From contig NC_086109.1 of NCBI RefSeq assembly GCF_963921235.1, positions 22,136,001 to 22,200,000 on the forward strand: a stretch of 64,000 bases of DNA, given 5' to 3'. Source of the DNA: Mobula hypostoma (lineage: Eukaryota). Below the pieces are notes generated by a model. That model worked only from the letters and a program-made list of their open reading frames with translations, searched no databases and was not told where the DNA came from. How positions within the stretch are numbered: the first letter of the stretch is position 1; every line of letters starts with the position of its first letter. This document shows, one piece after another, positions 1 to 14,224 of the stretch. The translations under genes were made by a program, and so were the position numbers.

Positions 1-751
1 TTTTTTCCCAATTGGTTTGACTCTTTCCCTTTGCTGTTTAAATAACTGGAATGAGACAAATGTGTGCAGCTGTGTGTAGCACTAATGGATCCTTGGTTGG
101 CTGTTTTAACTCCATTGCTCTACTAGGCCAAAGCAAACAATGTCTTCGGCATTGATCCAGCTTTGGTGCAACAGGAAGTTGTAACTTTAAGATCCTACAT
201 TTCTTGTGGAATCACTTATTGAAAAACCTGCTTAACAAGATGGGTTTTTAAATAGCCTTTTCATCAGATTGCCCAAAGGCATATGGATGACATTACTATC
301 AAGTACTCCCAGGTGTGGGCACGAGTAAATAAACTAATGCTTTTATATGGCTGGTGAGTTGCTAGTTCTGTGCTTAAAATGGAGAGTAAGAATTCTTTCA
401 GAATTTGTTCATAAATTTGTACTTCAAAGAAACTGCACTTCCATGACCAAAAGTAGGCTGGCTTAGTGACTGCTCTTCATTTTTAATTTCCCCTTTGATC
501 TTGCCTCACCTCTTCATCACATTGGTGCAAGTACATCCTTGCTGTATTGTGTGTGTACATGTGCTTCACAGCCAGTGCAGTACTTTTGAAGGGCAGTCAC
601 TATCCCAAAGATTGACATTGCAAAAGCCACTTTATTAAGGCCAAACTCAGACATTATAATGTATCCTTTAAAAGGTTATTTGGCCAAGTATTAAGCCAAG
701 ACTCTGGAGAATTCAGTGAAGCTATTCAATATCTATCAGATCAAAAATAAT

Positions 752-855
752 ACATGAGAAAATCTGCAGGTGCTGGAAATCCAAATCAGCATCTATGGAA
801 AGGAGTAAACAGTCGACATTTCAGGCCAAGTCCCTTCATCAGGACTGATGAAGAT
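752..855 (-). mobile_element. Penelope-like element terminal repeat fragment (family 1)
   Basis: aaatctgcaggtgctggaaatcc...cagcatctatggaa...agtaaacagtcgacatttcaggcc...cttcatcaggactg. The same repeat occurs at 5503, 17800, 17998, 29315, 56201 and 58960. Confidence 0.75.
810..847 (-). ncRNA. Minimal type I hammerhead ribozyme motif (Penelope-associated)
   Basis: Reverse complement reads cagtc-CTGATGA-agggacttggcct-GAAA-TG-TC-gactg: perfect 5-bp stem I, intact CUGAUGA/GAAA core, UC cleavage site. Stem III palindrome ACGT has decayed to ATGT. Confidence 0.7.
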
Positions 856-3409
856 CAAAATCATCTGTATACTTTTGCATCCGAAAGGCATGGCATTGCT
901 TAATACTGCAGTGGGATCGTCTGCTTGGTTTAGAAGCTAAATGTCCTACAGTTGGTACATATTTTTCAATGAAGATAGAAAACAAATTTTGATAAATTTT
1001 CTATAAACATAATTGTAACCATTCAGAATATCACTGAATGCAATCTGGGCGTTTCTCCTTTGTTTCATTTTATTTGTTGTATGATGCCTTTTCTTTAACA
1101 GTTTCTCTGTTTCAGGATGCCAATTCTCCTCCCACTTCTTAAAAAAAACTTGCTGCATGATTGTGGTATGGATAAATCTCAAGGGTCGAGCTCTGTCATT
1201 GATTGCTCATCCAGGGAGTGCTGATTCAGTATTCATGGTACTGAAGCATCTCTGATGCTCAGCTCAGAGTTAATTAAGCTGTGGGTGACCTGAGAGACTG
1301 CTGGTGCAAATAAACCTTCCTTCTCCATTTTATTTGAAGTCTGATTCAGATCAGTTTATTATCACATGCACGAGTGCAATGAAATTCCTTGCTTGCCACT
1401 AACACACACTCTTGCACCTTTCCTTGCAAACCCCTCCCCTCCAACAAAAGGCTGTTTCATTTGTAGGAGCAATGGATCCGTAGCAGAATGTGGGGTACTG
1501 GAAAATATTTACATCCTGCTGTTTCAGTCAGTGGTAGTTCCGTCTGGTATTTTTACAAATAGAGCAATCAGATTTTTTTCTCAGAAGTAAAAGGTTCTAT
1601 GGCGTTCTGCAGAATTGATTTGATAATGTTACGTAAGGACATATAGAAAAATGTCCAAAAGCTTATTTAAAGAGCTATTGTGAAGGAGGTTGGAGAGTTT
1701 CAGGAAGGGAATTAGTGAGCCCTGCATCTTGGGCTGTTGAAAGGAAAGGCAAATGTGTACAGCTGCTCAGAACTGGATGAGCAGTGATTTCCTGCAGGTA
1801 TGCAAGATTAAGGAGTTTAACAAGATAACATGTCTTGTAACTCCAAAATATGAAAACAAATTAAAAGGAAAACCAGAACCAGCTGATAACTCATGTATGT
1901 TGCTTTTATACTTTAAGTGAGGTGTGCATGGTGGCATAATGATGTATGCTGTTTACATATTTTTACATACATAACCTGTAATGCTTAAACATATTTACAA
2001 TAGTACAGTACTTAAAAAGGTTCATTTATTATCAAAGATAGTATGCAGTCTACAACTCTGAGCTCTTTCATCTTCAGATAGCCATAAGACAAAGGTTGTT
2101 CTAAGAAAAACATCAACCCCCTGCACATAACTTACAAGTTGCCCCAATTAAATTGTGCATCTGTAACAAGCGCATAGAACCCCTACCTAATGCAGAAAAA
2201 TAAATCAGGTGAACTGTGAGAACATCAAACCCCACCTCCGCCCCACAATATTAACTACATAACAGATAAGAGGTGGAAAAATTCATCTTGGTACAGTATT
2301 TTGTCAACCCAGGAATTTTTATACCCGAATATATGCCATTCCTGCTCTGGCTTGATATCTGATACCAAGTGCAACCCAATACAGCTACCGCCTTTGTATC
2401 ATTACTGCAATTGAATTTGAATGGTAGAAGAATTTTTGGACTGGGCAACATATGCTTAAATTTCACTGCTATTCATCAATGTAACTTGATTCCAGGATCT
2501 GTTAAATATTTACATTGGAGCTACTTGACCAGCCAATAATCAGTATTTCACACCTGTGAACAGCTCAGTTGTTACCTGGGGTGTCATTCTTTGATTAAAT
2601 GCTGCCAATACTATAGGCATTACCATCTGTTTCTCAGTACTTTTCTGGCTTGATCTCACAGTGGGAATACAAAAAGATACAAATACCCTAGACTGATATA
2701 TTCAATGTGTTGGTGGAAGCTATAATTGAAAATTAATAGGTGTGAGGGATAGATCTTCTGTCTGTTATTGCAATTGATTTTTTGTCAATTATACTGGAGA
2801 TTCAGATCAATATTTCATTATACATTGATCCTGGGTGGTTTTAATTGAGTAATGTGTTTTGCCTTATTTAGTATGGAGAATGTATAACATTTGTTTGGAC
2901 TGGGTATGGAGCAGAATAGTCGCCTAGAGCAGACGATGTTTTGTCTGCCTTAGCAATGAAAGATAGAGATTTATTTTTGGAGAACAGAATAGAGGTATTG
3001 AATTTAGACAGAGTGATAGACTGGTCAATCTTTTGGTTATTTAGCTTGTTAATATATTGTACAAAAGACCAAACTCTAGTTGGTATTGATGGTCAACATG
3101 TTTTGAGTTCACTCCCATTATTTTCAATCTTTTGTTGAAAGAGGGATAACTCAGCTATGAAGATTTAAGTGCTTTTTTAAAAATTTGTGCTCATTATTTC
3201 GTCATCTCAGCTCTCTTTCTCCTGTCATTCTATTGGTTTCTTAAATGAATCTTAACAAAATCCATTTGAAATACATTAGTTGATTATACCCCTTTGTCTA
3301 AAAACAATCTGCTAACTTTGTGATCATAAACGGCTATAACGAGGATTTCTCTACAACTTTATTTGCTCCTGTCATTCTACTCCTATTTTGAATTCAAAGA
3401 GTACAAGAA

Positions 3410-4790
3410 ATGCAATATAAGAAATGCAAGAGAGACTTAATAATGAAATCAGGAAGGCTAAAACAGGGCATGAGGTTACCCAAGCAGGCAAGGTGATGGA
3501 AAATTCTAACTGATTCCACAGTCTAACTGATTCCACAGATATGTTAAGAGCAAAAGGATTGCAAGGGACAAAATTGTACTCTGAAAGGTTGGAATGGAAT
3601 GCTTGGAACCAAGAGATGGGAGAAATCTTAATTAGCTTTTTTGCATCTGTATTTACTCAGGAGACAGACAGTCTATAGAACTGAGGCAAAGCAGCCTCAA
3701 CTTCATGGACCCTATACAGATTACAGACGAGTAGGTGTATGTAGTCTTGAGGTATATTAAGGTGGATAAATTCCCAAGGCCTGTCAAGGTGCTCCCTTGG
3801 ACCCTGTGGGAGATGAGTGCAGAAATTGCAGGGACCCTCGCAGTGATACTTAAATCATTGTTGGTAACGGGTGAGGTAACAGAGAATTGGAGGATGGCCA
3901 ATGTTGTTCAGCTGTTTAAGAAAAATTGTAAAGATGAACCAGGAAATTATAGGCCAGTGAGTCTGATATCAGTAGTGGAAAAGTTATTGGAAGGTATTCT
4001 AAGGGACAGGAAAGTTGATGAAGGCAAGACAGTGGATGTTGTCTGCATGGAATTTAGCGAGGCATTTTACAAGGGCCCACATGGGAGGTTGGTCAAGAAG
4101 GTTTAGTTGCTTGGCATTCAAGATAAGGTAGTAAATTGAATTAGACATGGGGTTATTTTGGAGATGCTAAAATGGTAGTAGATGTTTGGCTCTCTGACTG
4201 GAGGTCTGTGACTAGTGGAGTGCTGCAGGCATTGGTGCTGGGTCTGTTATTGTTTGTCATCAATATCAGTGATCTTGATAGCGTGGTTAACTGGATCAGC
4301 AAATTTGTGGGTGATACCAAGACTTGGGGGTGTTGTGGGCAGCAAGAAACACTTTCAAGAGCTTGAAGTAGGGAAAATGGGCTGAGGATTGGCAGATGGA
4401 ATTTAATGCAGACAAGTACAAGATGGTGTTGCACTTTGGGAGGACCAAACAGGGTAGGTCTTATACAGTAAATGGTAGAGCACTGAGGAGTGCTGTAGAA
4501 CAAAATCTGAAAATACAGGTCCATAATTCATTAAAAGTGGCATCACTGGTAGATGGAGTTGTAAAGAAAGCTTTTGGCATATTGGCCTTCATAAATCAAA
4601 ATATTGAGTACAGGAGATGGGATGTTATGTTGAACTTGTATAAGGCATTTGTGAGGCCTAATTTGGGGTGTTTTGTGCAGTTTTGGTCACCTACCTATAG
4701 GGAAGATGTAAATAAGGTTGAAAAAGTACAAGCATAGACTAGATAGGCTGAAGGTCCTATTTCTGTAGTGTACTTTTCTATGACTCAGTT
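3410..4790 (+). mobile_element. CR1 LINE, degenerate ORF2 fragment
   Basis: ORFs 3735-4106, 4172-4366 and 4396-4737 contain PGNYRPVSL, VTSGV.Q..VLG.LLF and LYKAFVRP.L..VQFWSP; frameshifts and deletions present. Confidence 0.92.
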
Positions 4791-5494
4791 TGGTGTTTGA
4801 AAAATCCTTGGTTGTGTTGGACTCCCAATTCTTGAAACTGAATGTGGAAATTTTTGGCATCTTCTTGTACAAAAATCGGCACCTGACTTTTCAGCACTTC
4901 ATCACATGGCTGCAAGGGAGATCAAGAGTCATGGCCATCTGGCAGCAAAGTGACGCTGAGGCCAAGATCAGACTGGCTCTGATTTCATTGAATGGCAGAA
5001 CACCTATTTCTTGTGACCGTGTTTCTCAGTACTCTGAGGATGCAGATTATTGGATGAATTGCTACAGATTAGAACTATCCCAGTCAGTTGCTGAATCTCT
5101 GAATGAAACGTGCTTATAATGGTCCAGAGTTTATTTCAAATTATGCATCAGTCTATGGGACAGGAGTTCTAATTAAATGAATAACAAAGTAGCATCTGCA
5201 GAATTATACCAAGCAACAACAGGTCCACATTAAATATTGCTCTATATGTATATGACTGGTGCTTTCTTTAATTCAGAAAGTTGAATAATTTCATTAAGAG
5301 GGTGGAGATTATGTACATAATATAAAAGCCAGTTGATCCAGATGATCCCCATTGGTGTTTATGCTCCAATGGACCTGTGTCTCCAGACTTTCCCCCATTT
5401 TTAAAGTATAACACATTTCTTCCCCCTTTGAGTGTTTATCTTGCTTTCCTCTGGATGTTTTGGTCCTAAGCATTCCCCAGCTATTCTTCTTGAC

Positions 5495-5620
5495 ACAAGT
5501 GATTCTGCAAATGCTGGAAATCTAGAGTAACACATCCATAAAATGCTGGAGGAACTCAGCAGGTCAGGCAACATCTATGGAGAAGAATAAACAATTGACA
5601 TTTTGAGCTGAGACCCTTTA
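5495..5620 (-). mobile_element. Penelope-like terminal repeat fragment (family 1), truncated within the ribozyme motif
   Basis: atgctggaggaactcagcaggtcaggcaacatctatggagaagaataaacaattgacattttgagctgagaccctt. Confidence 0.7.
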
Positions 5621-6023
5621 GTACAACTGTTAATTTAGTATTTATCTAGCCATCATCTCCAAACTGAAATATCAGGTTGTCATATTGATGTGAGCAAATC
5701 AACGATAGCTTTTCCCCCCAGCACAGCTGTGACTTTCAAACTATTTACGAAGCATTTTGGGGTGTCCTGCATCTGTGAAACTCACTGAAATGTAGGATTT
5801 TTCCTTTGGAGTCGAACTATGGAACTGGGCTTGCTTAAATATATTTTTGATACCACAACTTTTAATCCAGTATCTGAAGGTTAAGTAAGAAATTTACCTG
5901 TGAATTCTGAAATTGTCCTGTTTACAAGTCTTGATTGCATTCTATTAAGAGTTTTTAAACCTATTCTGCAATATTCCTATTGCCATCACATTAGAAAATA
6001 ACACATACTTCCATCATCTAGAG

Positions 6024-6238
6024 CAGTGGTCCCCAACCACCGGATCACGAGCATGTGCTACCGGGCCGCGCGGAAACCATGATTTGGCGATATGAAACGA
6101 TATGAGTCAGCTGCACCTTTCCTCATTCCCTGTCACGCACTGTTGAACTTGAACACCCCCCCCCCCAAGTCAGCTGGTCCGCAAGAATATCGTCAATATT
6201 AAATCAGTCCGCGGTGTGCAAAAGGTTGGGGACCCCTA
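6024..6238. mobile_element. hAT (Charlie-like) MITE
   Basis: TIRs CAGTGGTCCCCAACC / GGTTGGGGACCCCTA. Perfect 8-bp TSD ATCTAGAG at 6016-6023 and 6239-6246, matching the NTCTAGAN target typical of Charlie elements. Confidence 0.92.
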
Positions 6239-8689
6239 ATCTAGAGCAATCTTAACCCGGTGATTAGGACCTCTGAAGCTCAATTAGATTTCTGTTTTGT
6301 TTTCTCTCAATTTACCATCTTAATTTTTCTTAGCCTTTTAAATAAAAAAATGAATATACATTATGCCAAAGGCAGACTGATTTTCATTTGAGCTTTTCAT
6401 GACTTTTAGCATGCTCCAGTGCTTTATTATTTTAATGAACAACTTTGAAAGTGCATTCCACAACACAATCTAATAACTAGTACTGAATGTCTGGTAATGT
6501 TTTGTGGTGTACTTTCTTTAAACTACGCCTGATGGGGGAGATTGAGCATTGGTTTAATACTAGCTCAGCTCTAGCATCAGAAGGCTAGAGTTTCTGATGT
6601 TGGCCTTGGAATGTGTTTTGAACCAATAATCTTCTGATGTGGAGATGTCCTTAGTCACAACAGATGTAACTTTACACAAACATCATAATTGCTTCACAGA
6701 AATCTATTTTTTTTGTGAAATGAAATACAACTTAATTGAATGCTTTCTCTGAAAAAAACAATTGCCACTTACCCATATTGACCCAATCCCATCCAAATTC
6801 CATCGTACACCACTCTGTAGGGCAACATTAAGTTTATCAAAACCTGTGTAACTTGGCTGGCTTTTATCCCACGTTCTCATTTTACTGTTCGGCTCGCATA
6901 AACTTGTATTATTCTGTCAACTTCCTTCTGCACGTTACCTTCTCAGTCTACACTTCTGGTTTACACATCTCTTGAGAGTGAAATGTGGGTTGTATCACTA
7001 GAGATGGCTATTTGTCCACTTATTACAGCTCTTTGAAAGTATTAATCTAATTAGTCTCAGTTCACACATTTCTCAATCTAAGATTTTATTTTTCTGCTGC
7101 TTTATCTATTTCCCTTTTGCAATTTGTGGAATCTACAATTGTTTAGCTTGGGGAAAGCAAAGAATAAATCATGCATGTTCTATAGTCTTCAGTGATAAAT
7201 TTCAGCTCACTAATTTGCTTTCTTGCAAATACGTTTTCCAAATTAGAGCTGAGGTATAGGAGCTAGGAGACGGAGAAGGCCATCCTTCAAGTCATGCACA
7301 TGATCAAAGCTTACACTTTACCTGAATGCCTTCACATTCTGTTCCATTTCCCTCAGTATTTCAAAAAGGATTAATGCCTGTCTTGAATATGCACAACTGA
7401 TCATCTGTAATTCACAAATTTGAATGAAGAAATTTCTGACTTTAATATTAAGTAGTAGATACTAAGACTCTTGTCCCTAATTTTGGTGACTGTAGATTTC
7501 CCTGCAATTTATCACTTTTCTCTGCTAGAGCAATCTCATTTCAACTAATGCTCCTAATCCTGGTATCCCATTCTACATGAGCTCTTTATCCTGACATCTC
7601 AAAAGATCTAGTGACTTTTCATTGTAATGACTCCAGATACATATTTTTTACAAGGAGATGAAACAGTACTCAGTTTAACCAAGCCCTATAGCACTGTTAT
7701 AAGATGGCTCACAGTCACCATTTTGTGTCCTGAGTAAGGAAGAACTTCCCTCCTGTTTTAATGAGATATATTGCTGGAGAGGCAAGCAGTTATTGCCTTG
7801 GAACTGGAGACTATAAAATCTCATGAGTGAGTGCTGGATTGTATAAGGATGGCTGATTTCCTTTCCTGAAGTATGTCAATGTCAGTTGGCTTTTATTTTC
7901 AAAATCTGGGCATCTTATGGATGTCATTTATTAATGATAGGGTTGGCTTTCAAATTTTTGAGTTGTAATACTTGACCATGATCCAGTCATTTGGAAATTA
8001 CTCCTTAACCAGCAGACCTTGGTTGTAATAACTATTGTTGTGACCAAAGCTATCTGGCACAGGTGCTATCTGAAAATCCACAGCAGTACCTGGTTTGTCC
8101 CTCCCTTTCCCAAGGCAGAACTCCATTGTCTTGTTTTGCTCTTGAATTGTTATTTCTCACTGAGTTACTCAGTCTGTGTATTAGCACCACCCCCTCTCCT
8201 CCACTACTACCACCCAAAAGCACACAGCATTGGATAATGTACCTTTTTAATGTATAGTGTTTTTTTAGGCAAATAGGTCATTTATTTTGTGCCAGGCAAG
8301 GTTGAATTTTCAGTTAAAAGTTCCTGTGATTTTTCAAATGCTTTGGGTGTGTGGGCTGTAACTGTGTGCTTTATCCTTGAGGAGCCCCTCTCCTGTCAGC
8401 GCACACATTGATGCATTAGGTGCAGGCATGGTTTGTCCTGTGCGCTTCAGTGAGTGCAGGTCAAATCATCTTAAGCTGAGACCAGATGAGATTCTGCTGC
8501 AGAGCTTTGTTCCTATCATTCCCGTTTGGCAGGGCTGTTGTATTTAACCCTCTGTGTACTGGTTCTAAATTTCTAATTCTGACATATTTCCTGGATTATG
8601 AATTCTTTAGAAAGTGACAAGCATTGCCAAGTTCAGCAGGTCAAAAAGTGACTGCAAGGCCATTGGCTAATATAGCTGAAATTAGTAGT

Positions 8690-8880
8690 AGGCTTGCCTC
8701 AGCACCTGATCATGAGTTTAAGTCTTACTGCAGAGACTTCAGCACAAAATCTAATGTGACACTAGTAGCCTAGCTCTGAGGGAGAACTACGTTACCTTTG
8801 GGATGAGCTGTGAAATCAAAACCTGATCTCAAATGCCCTTTTGCGATCCTATGACACTATTCAAAGGAAGAAGGAATTTT
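8690..8880 (+). mobile_element. Ancient Deu-domain-like SINE remnant
   Basis: gagtttaagtcttactgcagagacttcagcacaaaatctaatgtgacact...ctgagggag...ggatgagctgtgaaatc resembles 46555-46730 and recalled DeuSINE sequence. Confidence 0.4.
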
Positions 8881-8884
8881 ATCT

Positions 8885-9590
8885 AGGGAATCTTGGGGCC
8901 CAAGTTCATAGCTCCCTGTAAGTAACTACATGGGTTGATAGAGTGGTTAAGCAGGCTTTTGGTATATGTGCCTTTATTTGTCGAGGTATTGACTTCCAAA
9001 AGTCAAGAAGTTACGTTGCAGCTTTATAAAACTGTAGTTAGGCCACGTGGCGTATTGCATACGTTTCTGGTTGCCCTGTTATAAGTAGGATGTTGAAGGC
9101 TTGGAGAGGGTCTAGAAGAGGTTAAGCAGGCTGCTGCCTGGATTAGAGGGCATGTGCTATAATAAGAGGTTGAACAAACTTTGTTTTTTTCTGGAGCAGT
9201 AGAGACTGAGGGGAGATCTGATAGGGGCTTATAAGATTGAGAGGTATAGATAGACAGTATTGCTTTCCCAGGATTGAAATGTCTAATACCAGAGGGCATG
9301 CATTTCAGGTGAAAGGGGGTAATTTCTAAGGAAATGTGAGGGGAAAGTTTTTTTTTAAACACAGATTTTCTTGGGTGCTTGATGTGCACTGCCTGGAGTA
9401 GTGGAAGAGGCAGAATCATTGGGGACTTTTAAGAGGCCTTTAGAAAGGCACATGAATGTGAGGGGAAATGGAAGGATATGGATGTTGTGTTGGTAGAAGA
9501 GATTATTTTTGCTAGACATTTGATTGCTAATTGATTCAGCATGACATTGTGGCTGAAAGGCCTGCTTCTGTGCTGTACTGTTCTCTGTAA
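8885..9590 (+). mobile_element. CR1 LINE 3' fragment
   Basis: Degenerate RDLG/LYKT.VRP/VQFW coding region followed by CR1 3' UTR ending ggctgaaaggcctgcttctgtgctgtactgttct. Confidence 0.85.
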
Positions 9591-9869
9591 AACCAGAACA
9601 TGCTCAAAGCTAAGCAGGTTGGGCAGCATCTGTGGAAAGAAAATTTGTAAAGTTTCAGTTCCACGACCATTTGTTGGAACCTGGGACTTTAGGTGGGGGA
9701 GGGAGAAAACAAACTGGGGAGTGAGGGGAATAATTTGAGGACCTAGAATACAATCACATGAAAGAAATCTTAGAGTTGATCTTTAAGATGTCACTGGTTT
9801 AAATATATCAAATAAGCATTACAGCAGTGGTAATCTGTATCATCCAGTAAGTTCTTAACAAATGACTAA

Positions 9870-10325
9870 CTTCAAAGTAAACTTATTATAAAAGTATGTA
9901 AATATCACTAGACTACCCTGAGATTCCTTCTCTTGCAGACATTTACAGTAGAACTAAGAAATAACTACATATCAATGAACTGCACACAGAATGACAATCA
10001 ATGTGCAAAAGAAGACAAACTGCAAGTAGAAAAAAATAGAAATATTAAGTGAATAAGTAATACTGAGAACATGAGTTGTAGAATCGTTGAAAGTGAGTCC
10101 ATAGTTGTGGAACCAGTTCAGAGTAGAGGTGAGGAAAGGTATCCATGCTGCTTCAGGAACCTGATGGTTGAAGGGTAATAACTGTTCTTGAAATTGGTAG
10201 TGTGGGAACTAAAGCTCCTATACCTCTTACCTGATTGCAGAGGCGAGAAGAGAGTATGGCCTGTATGGTGGGAGTCCTTAATGATAGATGCTGCTTTCTT
10301 GTGGCAATGCTCTCAGTGGATGTCT
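9870..10325 (-). mobile_element. Rex/Babar-like LINE 3' fragment
   Basis: Shares gttcaggaacctgatggttgaagggtaataactgttcttgaa and ttcaaagtaaa..ttattat with 29650-30090 and with the reverse complement of 34600-34990. Confidence 0.55.
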
Positions 10326-13269
10326 TTACAAGATGTCACTGATTTAAAGGTATCAAATAAACATTGGAGAAATTTAACTGCGTTCAGTGTATTATTAACA
10401 GATAACCGAATTTAGAAGATGCAAACTCTGAAACTAGTGGTCACTCGTACAATTGTGTTTGAGGTAAAATAAATCCTGCTTGAACCAGTCTTTAAAAAGA
10501 TGTGAGCAAAATGTGAGAAACACTGTGGCTAGTTTGATTGATGAACTGAACTAATATTTAGCCTTTCCAAAAACTGGTGGAAGCCTGCAGGTCTAATAGG
10601 TACTGTAGGATTTGAATTAAGTTTTCTTTCTTGATGTGCATTCCTACAGTTCAATGTTCTGCTTGCTTGATTCTATCCTTATCTCATCCTGATGTGTGCC
10701 TAAAGGATCCTGGGCAGTCTGAATTTAAAGAATGCCTAGCTATCACACACAATAATAAAATTTGAAAGGTTGAACTGAAGTGCCGCTCAAGCATGCTGAA
10801 TTCAAAGCAATTCAGGGTCAAAGTGGAAGCAATTCTATTAACACAATGTGATTAACAATGGAATTTTGTACTGGGGAAAGGAAAATCTAATCAAGACATA
10901 GCTGAATGTAATGGGGGATTGTTAACCCTCTAATTTCCTGTTCCTAACTATATAAAACCTAAAGGGTCATCAACTTGAAATGCTAACTGTTTCTTTCTTG
11001 AAGTCTTGGTCATTCATGCACAGCACAAAAACAGGTCCATTGATCCATCATGTGCATCTTGCCTGCCCTTTTGTTCCTGCCAACTCTATTCCCATTGACC
11101 CACACTGGGTCCTTGCAACTCAACTTCTAATCTAGACACTTCTTATCAGTCCTGAGTAAATTTGTTTCTATTCCCTTTTCAGGAAGCTATACCAGATATT
11201 TCTGTGTGGTGGAAAAAAAATCTTCAGTAAAACTGCACCTCTTGCCATAAACCTATGCTCTTCTTCATATCCTCATGAGGAAAAAGATTTACTACCTACC
11301 ATATCTATCCCCCAGAATTTTTGTCTTTGAGGTTGATTCTCAGCTTCCGCCACTTGAGGGGAAATCAGACTCAGCCTATCCATTCTCTTCTCATTACTGA
11401 AGTGCTTCAACTGCCTAGTGAATCTCCTGTCCTCCAATATAATCTCATCCTTTTGTATGGTTTGGCCACCAGAACTACACACCCTGTCTGGATCATTGAG
11501 TGTTTCTGACCTTTTTCTGTTTTCAAATTTTCAGAAAATGTAATATGTCTAGACTCCTGTCTGTGGATCAGAATGGTATTCATAGAAGAATCTCTGAAAT
11601 AAATAAATGAGCAAAGTAATTCTAATTGCTTAAAATTTATTTTTCATCATTGTGCGGCAAAGATGAAACTGTTTCGGTCAATGCCACATTTCTACTTGTA
11701 TTCCCAGCTGTTGAATTACAGAACAAAGTACAATCACAAGGCTGTTATGTGCCAAGTGGGATCTGTTATTTTGCTACAGCAATAGCAATACAATAATAAT
11801 GACATGTTATACCCTGGATGATGGCACAAGTTGCCGATATTAATCTTCCGTTTGTGTATTTCTGGGGTGCACTGCTTCATTTATCTGGTAACATGGGAGT
11901 TCTTGTCTTGATAATGCTCCAAAGCAGCTCTTAAATTTCACACAGCAGAGTCCTGTAAAGAAGGACAAGTATGATAACAGGCATCCATCTGAATGCTTCC
12001 AGATTTCATTTAAGCTTTTGACAAGCATTGTAACGAGGCTGAGACCATTACAGCAATATTGTTGTCAAACGGAGATGGCCTAGGGTCTTGAGGGCTGGGT
12101 TTTGAGGAGGAGCAAACTTTTGAAATCTGTTAAATGTTCCTTTTTGAACTTTATTGCAGTGTTGTTTGCTGTGAACATAGTACATACCAGTACATTCCAT
12201 GAAGAATGCTTGGGAGTGAGTTACAGGCTGGAATCCAATCAAACGGTTCAGATTTCATCATAAATCACAGGAGCAGTGTGGGATTCAAAAACTGGAGCAA
12301 TTCCAGAGCCCTGAGGAATAATATGCCCCTTGTTTATAGAGGGTTGAGTTCCTGAGACTGGCTAGTACGGATTATTTGAACCAGTTATCTGGTTGCTGCA
12401 TTATAAAGAGTGGGTGTGAAATGAGGGAGGACCCAAAAAATTGTAGAATAAATTACAAATGAGTTACTATCTTCTTGCTAGATCTCCTCAAATAGCAATT
12501 ACCCCCAGTCTAATTGGTAATAAACGTATCCAGAAGGGTTAATATATAGGGCTGTGCAGTGGGTGGCAGTCTCTGACAGTTTAATATTCTGACCACACAG
12601 TCAGCCACACAAGGGATTTGAACACATTATCCAAATCACTGAGGGAATGCTAAACTCCTACAACTCATTGATGACTCTTTAAACTAAAATCCCCATGTAC
12701 TCCTAAGAACAAATATAAAGGATCGCGTAGTTCGGGGATTATTTTCCTTGTGTCCAAGTGATCCAGTCAGTCACTGTGCTGCTTGTGGGTTCGTATGCAA
12801 ATTGGTTTCTGTGATTGTACAAACATTAGTTGACTCTGGCATTTGGCAATACCCCAGGTTTTTAAAAGTCAGTCTGTCTCTCACATTGCAACATCCCAGG
12901 CTCAGATGTCAGGCAACTCCTATGGGGTTCATGTTCAAAATGTGCAGTGGCGAGGCTGCTGATCTTTTGGTGGATGAAAATTATTTCAACTCATTGCACT
13001 GTTCAGGACCAGCTGGTGCACATGGACCTGTAACTCTTTTGGTTTGTACCTTTAGTAACTGGCTTTCCTCAGGAAAATAAATCTGGCTGCTTCACAAAGT
13101 GGTCATTGAAATGTATTTTGGGGTTAGATGCATGAAATTTGTATTGCTGACATGAAATGCAATGAGTGTCTGTGGTAATTGATTAATGATGATGACTTAA
13201 ATGTCAAAGCTTTGTTCCTGCCATATTGTAGAGTGCCAGGATGTGGCCTGGATTGTAGAGAATTAGCTA

Positions 13270-13540
13270 CTTATTGTAGTGATTCAGTGCAGAGAAGGCA
13301 CTCTTCCGGCCCTTTGAACCGCACCACCCCAGCAACCCCACAACCCCGATTAACCCTAACCTAATCATGATGCAATTTGCAATGAGCAATTAACCCATCT
13401 GGTACCTCTTCAGACTTTGGGAAGAAACCTGGGGAAAACATATGCATTACATGGGGGACATACAGAGGCTTTACAGAATGACAATGGAATTGAACTCCGG
13501 AACACTCCAAGCTGTAACAGTGCCCCGCGATCCGCTGTAC
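13270..13540 (-). mobile_element. tRNA-derived V-SINE/HE1-like SINE
   Basis: cctaacctaatca...caatttgcaatgagcaattaacc...ggaattgaactcc (reverse B box); same family as 20630-20858. Confidence 0.65.
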
Positions 13541-14224
13541 TGCATTTCACCAAGATGTTGATAGGATTGGAGAGAATTAGTTTTACGGAGAAGGTAGGCA
13601 ATTTGGATTTTTTTTTTGGGAACATTATTCACTCAGGTGCAACATGATTAAAGAGGGCCACAGACAGGGTAGATGGTCTTTATCCCCAAAATGGAAATTC
13701 CTCTTTGCTGGATGTAGACTTGGGCATTGTGGTCCTTTAAACAGGATCTGCTGTTTAGAACTAAGAACTTCACTATGAAATTCTTAACATAGATGCCAGT
13801 GGATATTCATTGTGTGCAATAAAAATCAATTGAGCTTTGGGCAAGATGAGAATCTGGGGATAGAGATAGGTAGATTTAAGACAGAAATTCAGTGCTGAGA
13901 ATTGTTTATAACATGAATTGTTTGAAAGTCAGTGTGAGAGGATCACAGAAACAGCTACGACAGGAGATAAAGCAGGCATGGAAGGAGTGGCTATCAGCAG
14001 GTCTCATTAGCTCATTAAGGGAATAAGTGAGGCTGTTTAGCAGTCCCAACTCTGGCTAGACCTAGATCTCAATTGCATCTCCGGGGGGATTGGTCCTGAA
14101 GGCATGCAGAAAATGCTTTCAGCTGCAGTAGCCAGCACATCCATGCTCATCCATCCGATGTCCGAAACACTCTTTCCTATGTGTAGGATGTCCACAGGTT
14201 GGATGTTTTGTAACTTAGGGAGGA

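Noticed and set aside
3504..3538. Short direct duplications (also 20018-20060 and 37801-37835) and low-complexity runs (43688-43707, 59381-59413)
   Set aside because: Ordinary slippage products, mostly within decayed repeats.
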